Shown one piece after another: positions 13,327 to 27,132 of a stretch of 64,000 nucleotides of DNA (position 1 is the first letter of the stretch; the number at the start of each line of letters is the position of its first letter). Source of the DNA: Eledone cirrhosa (Eukaryota); the NCBI GenBank assembly GCA_964016885.1, contig OZ024747.1, positions 30,194,001 to 30,258,000 on the forward strand, written 5' to 3'. Position numbers and translations under genes: made by a program. Below the pieces are notes generated by a model that was not told the DNA's origin, did not search any database, and saw only the letters and a list, made by a program, of their open reading frames with translations.

Positions 13327-14360
13327 ACTAGAAATTGATTAACATATAAATAAACATGAATAATCACAGGAGATAATTTTTACAAGTGTGTAAGCACACA
13401 TAGCTAGGTAGGTAACTAAATAAAGTTAACCAGAACTTCAAAAATAGATCCCTTATAATATGATTAATCTTCCCTCTATATATTCTATTAAAGAAATATA
13501 TTTCACCAATTAATCGAATGGTAAACCACGGATGCCGATACTTGGATTTTCAACAAAGATGTTTCAGCGATCTATGTTTACACTTCAAGTTCAAATCTGC
13601 GACTGGCCAGTAACACGTGCTGTATCTACTAGAAATACACACATCATACCAGCTTCGTCCCTGTGGCGTGAATAGGGTTATTGACAACTAGAAACAGCAG
13701 TCAAGTCCTTTCAACAGAGTTAGCTCTACAATTAAGGAGCCGTATTTATATATCTATATCCAAAATTAAGATAAATCAAAATGAATTTAATCTAAATCAA
13801 AATTATGGGTGTCATGCCAGAAAGACATGCGTCATATCACCTGCAAAATAAGCTCTAAGATTCTAACGAATAGGTCCGAGCATTTTATAATAACTAGAAA
13901 TTGATTAACATAAATAAACATGAATAATCACAGGAGATAATTTTTAACTAAAGGTAACTAAATAAAGTTAACCAGAACTTCAAAAATAGATACCTTATAA
14001 TATGATTAATCTTCCCTCTATATATTCTATTAAAGAAATATATTTCACCAATTAATCGAATGGTAAACCACGGATGCCGATACTTGGATTTTCAACAAGG
14101 AAGAAGTTTCAGCGATCTATGTTTACACTTCAAGTTCAAATCTGCGACTGGCCAGAAACACGTGCTGTATCTACTAGAAATACACACATCATACCAGCTT
14201 CGGCCCTGTGGCGTGAATAGGGTTATCGACAACTAGAAACAGCAGTCAATTCCTTTCAACAGAGTTAACTCTACAATTAAGGAGCCGTATTTATATATCT
14301 ATATCCAAAATTAAGATAAATCAAAACGAATTTAATCTAAATCAAAATTATGGGTGTCAT
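13327..14360. repeat. ~566-bp tandem repeat (1.8 units); diverged third copy at ~22058-22490
   Basis: Direct repeat starting at 13327 and 13893. Confidence 0.85.
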
Positions 14361-15400
14361 AACCGTGCACCTATAGACTATGTTGGGTGTCAGGCAGTGT
14401 CCATTTAATGGGCATGCATTAGGGTAACGGCAGTTGCAGTTGCTTCTGCGGTTAATGAGAGTAGGGTAGTTTAACCTAAGCGGTTGGTCAGTGCTAGAAG
14501 GATTAGATGGGGGAGGTGTGCTACTAGAGTAATTATTGGTGTAGTGGCGTGGTGTATTTGATAGGGGTGGGGGTACCGCGGTGTGGGAGTATACTGTCTT
14601 AGTTTATGATGGTTACTGAATGCGATGTGGCTAGCTAGGTTAGGTGTTGTGGAGAATGAGGTTTTAATGTTATTTTTATTGAAGAGTTTGTAATATCTAA
14701 GGTTGGGGGGTGGGGGTGTTTAGGCAGGATAGAGAAGAAGCGTTTAGGGATATTAGTGGCTAGATTAGATAAGAATGGGGAGGATAGGGTAAGCCAGGTG
14801 ATATTTCTAGGTCTATTCCTTCTAGGGGTTCTAGTGGAGTTGGTAGGGGCCTTCCTAGGGTTATTATTACCTGGGGTTTTGTTATTTGTCATCCCATTTC
14901 TCATTCCTATTCTAGGGTTGATTTTTAGTTTGCTACTTGGAGTGGGGAGCAGGCCGCTGCCACCATTAAACTTCCCTGTATAGGTGCTGTCACTGCTAAA
15001 ATTCTGGCGAATTTGGCTATATGCTAAGGTGTTTCTAGTTCTAGTGTTAAGTTTATTATAGTGAATTGCTGTGTTATGGCATTTAGGTATGTAGTAAATG
15101 GATTGTTCATAACGAGATTCAGAAAGAGCCTTATTATAATATTGTGCATGGTTTATAAATATCTCTTCATTTGCTGATAGCATTGAGATCCTATAGGAGA
15201 TAGATTTGATTACTGCTCTGATGACTGCCGGTGGGTGGTTAGAGTGTGGGCTAATATGTGTGAGTATTTCACCTGGTTTATGGTAAGGGTAATATAGGTT
15301 ATTGTTGAGATCAAGGGAAACGTCTAGGAAGTTTACTACTTTATGGTTCGGCTCGATGGTGATAGAGAGACCATTATTTTTAAAGAATCTATGTAATTAT
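14361..15400 (-). pseudogene. PLE fragment (RT thumb to CxC linker/GIY start), Hydra-clade-like family 4
   Basis: NFLDVSLDL, SNHPP, RNITW, CNCRYPNACPLNGHCL, IVYRC. Confidence 0.85.
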
Positions 15401-15421
15401 TTTAATTTATATTCCTTTGAA

Positions 15422-15539
15422 GTTCCGATGAGCCGCTCTGTTTTAAATTTGTGAATTATTTTAAACTGAACCAGATCAATAATGATATATAGTCATCTGA
15501 TCCAGAAATATTATATGGAGTAGCGAAACAATTGTAAAC
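15422..15539 (+). ncRNA. Type-I HHR family G with large helix-II insertion and U4C core
   Basis: gtt-CCGATGA-gccgctctgt[~73 nt]atggagtagc-GAAA-CAATTG-TA-aac. Confidence 0.65.
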
Positions 15540-15856
15540 GGACATTATTATTACTAATATTATTATTATTATTATTCTCTACATTCCTTACATCAAACTA
15601 AAATATGTTGACAATCTTTTAATAATGTCTTCCTTGTGAAATTTGTGGTCTTGTTTTGCTTAACTAATGAATATATATATATAATATATATATATATAAT
15701 ATATATATATATCTATATGCATTATGTATATATTATATATATATATTATATATATATATATTATATATATATATTATATATATATATAATATATATATAT
15801 ATATAATATATATAATATATATATATATAATATATATATATATATAATATATATAT

Positions 15857-15913
<57 letters not shown>

Positions 15914-16874
15914 TTATTAAAATAACAGATTAAAGTTTAAGCAAAGAATCGCTGCTTATATAATATATATATATATAATATATATATATATATATAATAT
16001 ATATGATATTAAATAAATGGAAACTATATTTATAAAACCATATTTATTTCGTTATATATATTTCAGGGATATCATATTAACAATATGTTATGCCTTCTTC
16101 AGACAAAATACAATATAAACAGTCTTATAAATAAATAGATACGACATACCTTTCAATCACCTTGCATTTGGGAGGTTGATTTGGCAGTAAAAAATATTGT
16201 GGACAGTTGTAAAAAGAAAGAGAGAAAGAAAGAAAGAAAGAGAAACGAAGAAAAAGAAGAAATGCATGTGACTAAATAGAGAGATATAGAAAGATAGATA
16301 AAGAGAAGAACTTCATGTAAAGAAACAGAGAGAAATATATATAGAGAGAGGAAAAAAGAAAGAGATAGATAGAGATAGATAGAGAAACAAGGAAGTTGAG
16401 TATCGGTTGATACATTTATTTATTTATTTATTTATTTAGCTCTAGTATTAATGTAAAGAGAGATGTATGTAGTTAAGAGAGAAAATAGCCGTTATATAGA
16501 GAGAAAACAGAAAAATGAACGAGGCAGAATTTAAAAACGCTATGTTTCATCCTGTAGAAAATATTAGTTCGTATAAAACAGGCATTATAATGTAAATATT
16601 AGTATTTATGAATGAGACATGTATCTATAATGTGTGAAAAGTAATGATCTTATGTCTAGTTTTTAAAAATTCATATGTTTATATCATAATTATAAACAAA
16701 CTCCCAATTCACACGAAAACATTCTCATTGTGCTATAAAAATTCAAGTATACATATATGTGTGTATATATACACATATATATAGAGTCTATATTAATTTT
16801 AACAATACTATTCTTGTCTTTACTCTACATGATTGTCGATCAAGCAGAAATAGAGAACAGATTTCAATATATTA

Positions 16875-17097
16875 ATAAAAATAAAAATAAAAATAAAAAT
16901 AAAAATAAAAATAAAAATAAAAATAAAAATAAAAATAAAAATAAAAATAAAAATAAAAATAAAAATAAAAATAAAAATAAAAATAAAAATAAAAATAAAA
17001 ATAAAAATAAAAATAAAAATAAAAATAAAAATAAAAATAAAAATAAAAATAAAAATAAAAATAAAAATAAAAATAAAAATAAAAATAAAAATAAAAA
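16875..17097. repeat. (AAAAAT)n microsatellite inside the PLE 3' UTR
   Basis: Perfect hexamer run. Confidence 0.97.
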
Positions 17098-17559
17098 TAT
17101 CAGAGACAAGAAAATAAATAAATAAACAGAAAACTAAAACATTTAATATTAAAAATAAAAAATATTACAAAATATTAAAAAATAATAAAAATAAAACATA
17201 GTATGTCACGCAAATCGGCCACAGAGATCAGCCTTTCAAAGTTAATTGACAATATATTGCCAAGTTCATCATAAGCATCAGAGTCGAAACAGATAAAACA
17301 AAAATTGTTTACCAAATCCTGTCTAGCAGAAATCATTCCAAAAGTTTAGGATACCCATTTGGTCTACATATGTTCTTATATTTAATATAGAAGTTTATCT
17401 AGTGTAAAATTTAATTCGATATATTTGGAGCTTCAGCTTTTAGGGTAGTTTAATTATTCATGAAGAATGTTTTAATAAAAAGAATGTTTTAATAAAAAGA
17501 AGAAATCGAAAGATTTATCGGCTAGTTTCATAAATAATTACAAATCAAATCAAACATAA

Positions 17560-19765
17560 CTACATTTTAAATTTAAATTTATATTTAAACGTTGAGTTCA
17601 ATCTATGTCTGCAGCAACTGAATAAATTTGTCCGTAGATTAAGGGAATTTTTAGATTTTAGTATAAAGAATATCTCCTCCGCACAGAGGTCACATGTCTC
17701 AGAGGATGAATTAAAAGGAATCCCCCTTGAAACTATATTCCAAGTCGTCGAATATCTAACGTTATCATGCCTAAGTTGCCAGAGTACGCCTGATAGTGCT
17801 GTTGAAGATTTTTTGGATGGATCTGTGAAAGAATTCTTGTGGTTGTTATAGCGAAGTTTAAATTCCGTCGATGTAGAACCAACGTAGTTAAAAGAATTAA
17901 CGTCCGTTTTAACATTACAGTTGTATATTATATTTTTAACTAAGCAGTTGTTATTTAACGGACATTTAGATCTATCTCTACAGTTACATTTGTTAACTTG
18001 GATATTATTTATGCTATTATCGCTAGGTTTTAAGTTCCTGTTATTTATTCTATTAATATTTTGCGCTAAATTTTTGGTGGATGAGTAGGTTAGTTTTATA
18101 GTATGTCTATTGAAAATTGAGTGATACCTATGTGTTCTAGGGAAGCGATTATCAAGAGCTTTAAAAAATAGTTTAGCAATGTGGGTTTTAATGTTTAGTG
18201 AGAAAGGGGGGGCAAACCATATTATATTCCTAGTTCTATTTCTTTTATGGCTTTTGGAATTATTGTAATGCTTTCTATTATAGTTGTTAAGGTTGTGGCC
18301 GTAATTAAAATAGTTGTTATTTTGTTTAATTTGTTTATCATTATCTATGTACATAATTTTATCACTATATCCTGCTCTAGCTAACGCTTCATTGGGCTTT
18401 TTCGTCGAAAATCTTTTTATTAGATGAGATTCTAGAGATACGTGATTGAACAGAGTTTACTATAGTATTTTTAACAGATCTGGGGTGGTTAGCGTTAAAG
18501 CTGACATAGTTTAAGTTTTCATTCAACTTGTGAAATGGATAGTGAAGACATGTGTTGAGATTTAATGTTATATCTAGGAAGTTGACTATTCTATGGTTAT
18601 TCTCAATTTCTATTTTTAGATTAAAGTGATTAAAAAATTGTGTAATTTGTTTTCTTTTTCTATTTAGTTCAGAGTTATTATTATCAATAAGTAAAAGCAT
18701 GTCATCTCTATATAAACCTCCGGTAGTACCAGGTATTTTCCTATGCAGCGAATTGATTAAAAATAAGCCCACAAGGTCAGTTACCTGAGCTGAGTCGGAT
18801 GATCCCATAGTAATGTCAAAATTGTTATCTCTATCTGCTCGGGTCCATAGTTGGTCATTAAATTCTATCAATGTTTTCCTAGCCGATAATATAATGTGCA
18901 TTTCATTGCTAGTTAGGTCTGTATGTTTGAATGCGTAATTTAGTGCCTTATTTAGTAGATTAGGGGTAATGGAAGAATAATAGTTAGCAATATCAAGTTG
19001 AATAAACTTATTATTATTGTTATATTTAATTTGCTTAAACCACTCAACAACCTCACCAGTTCCCTTCCACAAGCTCAGGTTAGGTAAACAACTCAAGTTT
19101 TTAATTTGCTGTATCACCCTGTCAAGAATGTTTTTGCTTAGTTTACCCAGGTCCGATTTTGATGGTGCAATCAATCTGACTGGCAAGTCATTCTCAAAAT
19201 TTCTCTTATGATCTTTCATATTGATCTTCGGTTTCCTGGGCACGAAAGGTTGTGTTCTGTTCTCAATTTCCAACTCGTGCATTATACAAGATGCCTCAAC
19301 ATTCATTTTCTCTAGCTCGGCCTTATCTGCTACCTTGTACTTTTTCCTCAGTTCTTTTAGTATGAGGCCATTATACATGTCTTTCAGCATTCCATAGAGG
19401 TTGTTGGTCTTGTCAGATTTTACCAAGATCTTCTCAGTTTTCTCTAAGCTCTCAATATTATCCCTAATGCCATTCAGATATTCCTGGCCTTTGAAGTTTC
19501 TCTTGAATTTGACTCCTTGTATGATAGAAATTATATCGTTTTCAAAGTCAGATAAAAGTTTGTTGGGGGGTGGATTTCTTTTGGATTTGAAAACTTTGTT
19601 TAAGTCCGAGACATTTTCATTTATATTAGATTTATCAAAGTGGAATGCTCGCCACCTGATTCTCCTTATAAAAGAGTCAGATTTATCTATTAATTGTTTT
19701 ATAAAGTCTTTGTTTCTAGGTAGAGGTATGTCTTTTAAAGAGGAAGTAATCTTAAAGAATTCCAT
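17560..19765 (-). pseudogene. Near-intact PLE ORF (RT + CxC linker + GIY-YIG) with one short frameshifting deletion near 18390
   Basis: Starts MEFFKITSSLKDIPLP; LYRDD; CNCR..CPL; YVGST; compared with copy a it lacks a few nt at KAQYYNEA. Confidence 0.92.
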
Positions 19766-20614
19766 TTTTTCAGTTATAATATAAAGCGCTCAACAGTATT
19801 GGAGCAAGATACATGGAAAGTTATATTTAAATTGTTGGGTTAACAACGAGTAAATATTTATAACTGATATAAAAGCACTCAACAAGTATTTGGAGTATAT
19901 TTATGATATTAAATAAATGGAAACTATATTTATAAAACCATATTTATTTCGTTATATATATTTCAGGGATATCATATTAACAATATGTTATGCCTTCTTC
20001 AAACAAAATACAATATAAACAGTCTTATAAATAAATAGATACGACATACCTTTCAATCACCTTGCATTTGGGAGGTTGATTTGGCAGTAAAAAATATTGT
20101 GGACAGTTGTAAAAAGAAAGAGAGAAAGAAAGAAAGAAAGAAAGAGAAACAAAGAAAAAGAAGAAATGCATGTGACTAAATAGAGAGATATAGAAAGATA
20201 GATAAAGAGAAGAACTTCATGTAAAGAAACAGAGAGAAATATATATAGAGAGAGGAAAAAAGAAAGAGATAGATAGTTCTTCGTTTCTCTTTCTTTCTTT
20301 CTTTCTCTCTTTCTTTTTACAACTGTCCACAATATTTTTTACTGCCAAATCAACCTCCCAAATGCAAGGTGATTGAAAGGTATGTCGTATCTATTTATTT
20401 ATAAGACTGTTTATATTGTATTTTGTCTGAAGAAGGCATAACATATTGTTAATATGATATCCCTGAAATATATATAACGAAATAAATATGGTTTTATAAA
20501 TATAGTTTCCATTTATTTAATATCATAAATATACTCCAAATACTTGTTGAGTGCTTTTATATCAGTTATAAATATTTACTCGTTGTTAACCCAACAATTT
20601 AAATATAACTTTCC

Positions 20615-20824
<210 letters not shown>

Positions 20825-21812
20825 ATATATTTTAGCAGTGGATGTGATCCTGTTTGAGCTCTACTGATGAACCATTCCAACCGTGACTAACCCCACTGAA
20901 AAGTTTCGTGAAATAGTCTTTCTAAGACTATATAGAGCATTTGTAGTTTTTTCCAAATTAAAGGATGAGTATTTAACCTTAATTTTATTCTAAGACTCTA
21001 TTGGTTTTTTCCCTGGATTTCACAAAATCTGTGCACAAAATTTTTGTCGTCACTTTTTTTTTTTTGAATTGAGTTTGAATTATTTTCCCATATCTTACTT
21101 TAAATATTTTCCATCTAGACGTTATAGTCACTTATATATTATGAAATACTGTTGGCTTCTTGCTCACATTAATTTCTCTATTTTCATTTATATTTATACT
21201 CGGAATTTTTCCTAGAGTCCTAAAATTATTTGTGACTAATCCCGGTCTTTTTTTTTAAAAACCACAATAATATTGCTATATGCTGAACTCCATACATTTT
21301 TGTTGAGTTTTTTTCGGAATGTTTTGACTGCTGTTTCTTGTAAACAGACATTCGTCTCATTCTGACGTCATTAGCCATGTTCTCCATGTGTGTTTATTTT
21401 CATAATTCCACACGAGGTGTACTAGCCAGCTTTTAAATTCCCTTTCTGGCATATTTTAGCAATAAGTATTGGTTATCGTGTTTGAGCTCTACTGATGAAG
21501 GGTTCCAACCGTGACTAACCCCACTGAAAAGTTTCGTGAAATAGTCTTTTTAAGACTATACAGAACATTTGTAGTTTTTCCAAATTGAAGGATGAGTAAT
21601 TAACCTTAATTTTATTCGGAGTTAAGACTCTCTTGGTATTTTTCCCTGGATTTCACAAAATCTGTGGATAAAATTTGTCTTGACGTTTTTTTTTTAAAAA
21701 TTATTTTCCCATATCTTACGTTAAATATTTTGCATCTTGACGTTATAGTCACTGATATATTATGCAATACTGTTGGCTTCTTGCTCATATTAATTTCTCT
21801 ATTTCCATTTAT
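20825..21812 (+). mobile_element. ORF-less tandem of HHR family E, ~628-nt period
   Basis: HHR cores at 20864 and 21492; HHRs 20858-20938 and 21486-21566; (TA)n flanks. Confidence 0.85.
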
Positions 21813-22015
21813 ATAATATAAATATATATATAATATATATATATAATATATATATGTAATATATTTATATATATAATATATATATATATATAATATATAT
21901 ATATATAATTGTTTCTACTTTAGGCACAAGGCCACCAATTACCCAGTGCATTACTGGTACTTTATTTTATCGACCCCGTAAGGATGAAAGGCAAAGACAA
22001 CCTCGGTGGGATTTG

Positions 22016-22060
<45 letters not shown>

Positions 22061-22546
22061 ACTAGGAATTGATCAACATATATATAAATAAATATAAACA
22101 TGAAAAATCACAGGAGATAATTTTTACAAGCGTGTAACCACGCATGGCTTACTAGCCAAATAAATAAAGTTAACTAGAACTTCAAAAATATATACCTTTT
22201 AATGATTAATCTTCCCTGTATATATTTCATTAAAGAAATATATTTCACCAATTAATCAGATGGTAAGTCACGGAAAGTGGATATTATTGGATTATCGACA
22301 AGGAAGAATAATATCAAGTGATCCATGTTTACACTTCGAGTCAAAATCTTAAACTCGCCGTTACCACGTGTTGATATTACACATCACAGCGGCTTCGTTT
22401 CAGTGGCGTGAATAGGTATTCGACAACTAGAAATAGCAGTCAATTCCCTTCAACAGAGTTAGCTCTACAATTAAGGAGCAGTATTTATATATATATATAT
22501 AATATAAATATATATATAAATATATATAATATATATATAATATATA

Positions 22547-22673
<127 letters not shown>

Positions 22674-22779
22674 ATATATAATATATAATATATATATATA
22701 AAATATATATAATATATAATATATATATAATATATATATATATAATATATAAATATAATATGTATATAATATATATAAC

Positions 22780-23305
22780 CAAAAGTTAAACAAGGTTCAT
22801 TGATTAATCAATGAATATAGTTTTACAATAGATTAGAAGCACCCCACAGTGAGTATTCTGGAGTTATTAATATTAATTCAAAATATTAATAAATATAGAC
22901 ATTCATGTAATCAAATATCAGTTCCTAATTATTACTAGAATTCTATAAGAATCAAGCATTCATGATTTTCAGCAAACAGGAGAAGTAGTTAGCTTTGATA
23001 AGCATAAAAAATGCGAAACAGAGCTCTGTCATCTTTATCTCCCCAGTTTGCTGAAAATTAAAGTAAGTGAGACTGTCACTACTCTACAACAATAGCATAA
23101 GGTCTTCGAAATGCTTTTAATTAAGCATACAGTGTATTGCAAAATACACTATATATATACATTCATATATATATCGCTATTTCAGAGCACCAATTCTAAT
23201 TTTCAATTTCTGCTTAAAGGGCAACCGCTCTGTATAATCAGTTCCTGATTATTACTAGAATTCTATAAGAATCAAACATTCAGGATTTTCAGCAAACAGG
23301 AGTAG
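22780..23305 (+). mobile_element. ORF-less element with ~320-nt period and HHR family H
   Basis: 22917-22982 repeated at 23237-23302; (TA)n flanks. Confidence 0.75.
22966..23057 (+). ncRNA. Type-I HHR family H with U3:A8 core and long helix I
   Basis: ttttcagcaaac..ggaga..agct-TTGATAA-gcat aaaaa atgc-GAAA-CAGAGCTCTG-TC-atct..tctcc..gtttgctgaaaa. Confidence 0.8.
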
Positions 23306-23342
23306 TATTTATGTATATATTTATATATATATTTATATATAT

Positions 23343-23401
<59 letters not shown>

Positions 23402-23409
23402 AATATGTA

Positions 23410-23451
<42 letters not shown>

Positions 23452-23454
<3 letters not shown>

Positions 23455-24746
23455 GATATTAAACAAATGGAAACTATATTTATATTTATAAAACCATATT
23501 TATTTCGTTATATATATTTCTGGGATATCATATTAAAAATATGTTATGCCTTCCTCAGACAAAATACAATACATATGCTGTTTTATAAATAATTAGTGAC
23601 ATACCTTGTGATAATGCAACTTCCTTTTAAAAAGTTGATTTGGTAGTGAAATTGTTATGATAGTTATATAGAAAGAAAACGAAGATGAGAAGAAGATGAA
23701 GAGATGTATGCAAATAAAAAAAAGAAGAAGATGAAGAGATGTATGCAAAGAAAAACAACGGAGCGAGATAGTGAGACAAGGAGAGAGACACATATCCACA
23801 ATGTGTGCAGAAAAAAACCTAGTAGGCTGCTTTTTGGCAGATGATCATCGTATATGTGAGAGGTTAAGGGAAGGGATACAGTTAAATTAGTGTATAGGAG
23901 AAAAAGAAAGAGAGATGATATATTTAAAATATATTAAAAATATATTATGTCTCATCCATTTGAATTATCAATTTTTATGAATTAGGTATTATAATGTAAA
24001 TATCAGTATTCATGAATGAGACACATATCCATAATGTGTGAAAAAAATGACCACATGCTCAGTTAAAAATTCTTAGGTCTATAAGCAAAATCTGAGATAA
24101 AACTTCAAACATAAGTATATATGCATTCTCGTGAAAAAAGAAAAGAGAAGGTTATCTCAAATTCAAGTTGATAAATATAGACGCACATGTGAACCTACGT
24201 GATACGCTGCACTGATTCTTATACTAATTTAACTGTATCCCTTCCCTTAACCTCTCACATATACGATGATCATCTGTCAAAAAGCAGCCTACTAGGTTCT
24301 TTTCTTCACACATTGTGGATATGTGTCTCTCTCTCCTTGTCTCTCTATCTCGCTCCGTTGTTTTTCTTTGCATACATCTCTTCATCTTCTTTTTTTTATT
24401 TGCATACATCTCTTCATCTTCTTCTCATCTTCGTTTTCTTTCTATATAACTATCATAACAATTTCACTACCAAATCAACTTTTTAAAAGGAAGTTGCATT
24501 ATCACAAGGTATGTCACTAATTATTTATAAAACAGCATATGTATTGTATTTTGTCTGAGGAAGGCATAACATATTTTTAATATGATATCCCAGAAATATA
24601 TATAACGAAATAAATATGGTTTTATAAATATAAATATAGTTTCCATTTGTTTAATATCGTAAACCTACTCCAGAAACTGTTGAGTGCTTTTATATCAGTT
24701 ATAAAATATTTACTCGTTGTAACCCAACAATCTTAAATAAAACTTT

Positions 24747-24750
<4 letters not shown>
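23452..24750. mobile_element. ORF-less inverted pLTR pair of PLE family 2 (subfamily c)
   Basis: ~23452-23895 inverted vs ~24220-24660; HHRs at 23501-23566 (-) and 24547-24612 (+), core CTGAGGA. Confidence 0.88.
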
Positions 24751-24784
<34 letters not shown>

Positions 24785-25857
24785 ATATATATGAGTTCTA
24801 GTCCTGTAGAATCTCATCTATATTAAAACATATATATATATATATTTATATATATATAATATATATATAAATTTCGTTTCTGAATTTGTTTAGCAAGATT
24901 CTTTATCTGAAATCGTGTGTTGAAACCGATATTGTTATACTTTGGGAGGGTCATGTTGCCAATAAGAAACACACGCACCAGTTGCTTTCACTTCAATTTA
25001 TTATATATTTATAAATTTATAAATTTACAAATCTACAAACTTATAAATTTCTGGTTGGTTGGTTGGTTCCACAACCAGATAGTTGTTTATATATATAGTC
25101 ATAGTCCTTTCGTCACACACTCTGTGACCTCTTCAGTGACTGGGGATTCCTTTCTTCGTTTCTGTGCCTTTTCTTTCTTCTATCCTACGCCATTTTGTTT
25201 CTGTGTGTGTGTTGTGTGCTCAGTTTGCGCATGCGCCACATCCGGGTGTCTGTGTGTGTTTGTGTTCATTTTTCTATTTGTTTATTTATTTATTTATTTA
25301 TTGTTGGTTGGTTGTTTGTTCTATGTGTGTGTGTGTTTTCATTTTGTCCTGTGTGTGTTTTCATTTTGTGTGTGTTTTCAATTGTAAGTTGTTTGTTCTA
25401 TGTGTGTGTGTGTTTTCATTTTGTCCTTAATTGTAAGTTGTGATGTTGCTGTTCCACTCATATTTTCTATTTAATTTTGGTTTTAATTCTTTTATGCTTA
25501 CTGCCTCTGTAATTTGCCTAAACATTGCGTCTTTTCTGTGCGTGGATTCTATTTTTATTTCTATGCTCTCTAATCTACCCCTGTGTTCTATCTTAGCATG
25601 TTGGTAGAGCACAGATGATTCTTTATTACCTTGGAGGTCTCGCCAGTGTTCATTTATTCGTTCCCCTATACTACGAGCTGTCTCACCTATGTACACTATA
25701 TTTTTGTTTCTACATTGTCCTTCAGTACATCTTATGCTATACACTACATTTCTAGTTTTACAGTTAATATGGGGGCTTATTTTACAGGTTATACATTTCT
25801 TATCTATACATGAGGGTCTTTGGAACGGGTATGTCTTGATAATAAGTGTTTTTACGG

Positions 25858-26802
25858 TTAGATACCATTAACAACAAAAAACAAATCCTCCATTCCCATT
25901 ATGCCAAACCCATGACTTCCAAACATCTGATCCACCGAAACTCGGCCATTTCGGACCATACAAAAATCAACATACTGATTGCGGATTTGGTACGGGTGAT
26001 GAGAAATGTGTCCCGCATGTGCAACCCCGAAGAACTAGAGAGACACATACAACACTTCATCCACCGTATGCAGTTCTCTGGCTACAATCAGAGAGATAGA
26101 ATCAGAGTGTATAAAGGAGCCAGAACCAAATGGGAAAAAATGGTAAATAATGACATAAATGGGACCTGCCCCTTGTATAGGAGCAAATTTTGGAATAGAA
26201 TAGAAAGAACTAGGAACAAGGCCAATAGAATAAACTCATGGTATGATAGCAATAAATACCAGAGTGTAATGTTCATCAATACAACCCCTAGAGGCGAACT
26301 AGCCTACAAATTTAGAAGGGCCCTAAATAAACATAATCTCAATATTAAGATAGTAGAAAGACCTGGTACCTCCGTAAAAACACTTATTAGCAAGACATAC
26401 CCGTTCCAAAGACCCTCATGTATAGATAAGAAATGTATAACCTGTAAAATAAGCCCCCATATTAACTGTAAAACTAGAAATGTAGTGTATAGCATAAGAT
26501 GTACTGAAGGACAATGTAGAAACAAAAATATAGTGTACATAGGTGAGACAGCTCGTAGTATAGGGGAACGAATAAATGAACACTGGCGAGACCTCCAAGA
26601 TAATAAAGAATCATCTGTGCTCTACCAACATGCTAAGATAGAACACAGGGGTAGATTAGAGAGCATAGAAATAAAAATAGAATCCACGCACAGAAAAGAC
26701 GCAATGTTTAGGCAAATTACAGAGGCAGTAAGCATAAAAGAATTAAAACCAAAATTAAATAGAAAATATGAGTGGAACAGCAACATCACAACTTACAATT
26801 AA
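25858..26802 (+). CDS. C-terminal part of PLE ORF (RT thumb, Cys linker, GIY-YIG); 5'-truncated
   Basis: YAKP, SGY, C..C..C, VVYSIRC...VYIGETARS..ER..EH, RQITEAV, LN.K.EW. Confidence 0.88.
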   Translation, partial: LDTINNKKQILHSHYAKPMTSKHLIHRNSAISDHTKINILIADLVRVMRNVSRMCNPEELERHIQHFIHRMQFSGYNQRDRIRVYKGARTKWEKMVNNDINGTCPLYRSKFWNRIERTRNKANRINSWYDSNKYQSVMFINTTPRGELAYKFRRALNKHNLNIKIVERPGTSVKTLISKTYPFQRPSCIDKKCITCKISPHINCKTRNVVYSIRCTEGQCRNKNIVYIGETARSIGERINEHWRDLQDNKESSVLYQHAKIEHRGRLESIEIKIESTHRKDAMFRQITEAVSIKELKPKLNRKYEWNSNITTYN

Positions 26803-27087
26803 GGACAAAATGAAAACACACACACACATAGAACAAACAACTTACAATTGAAAACACACACAAAATGAAAACACACACAGGACAAAATGAAAACACACAC
26901 ACACATAGAACAAACAACCAACCAACAATAAATAAATAAATAAATAAACAAATAGAAAAATGAACACAAACACACACAGACACCCGGATGTGGCGCATGC
27001 GCAAACTGAGCACACAACACACACACAGAAACAAAATGGCGTAGGATAGAAGAAAGAAAAGGCACAGAAACGAAGAAAGGAATCCCC

Positions 27088-27132
27088 AGTCACTGAAGAG
27101 GTCACAGAGTGTGTGACGAAAGGACTATGACT
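27088..27132 (+). ncRNA. Minimal HHR family I
   Basis: agtca-CTGAAGA-g gtcaca gagtg tgtgac-GAAA-ggac-TA-tgact; also 42952-42996 and degenerate at ~59303-59347. Confidence 0.8.
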
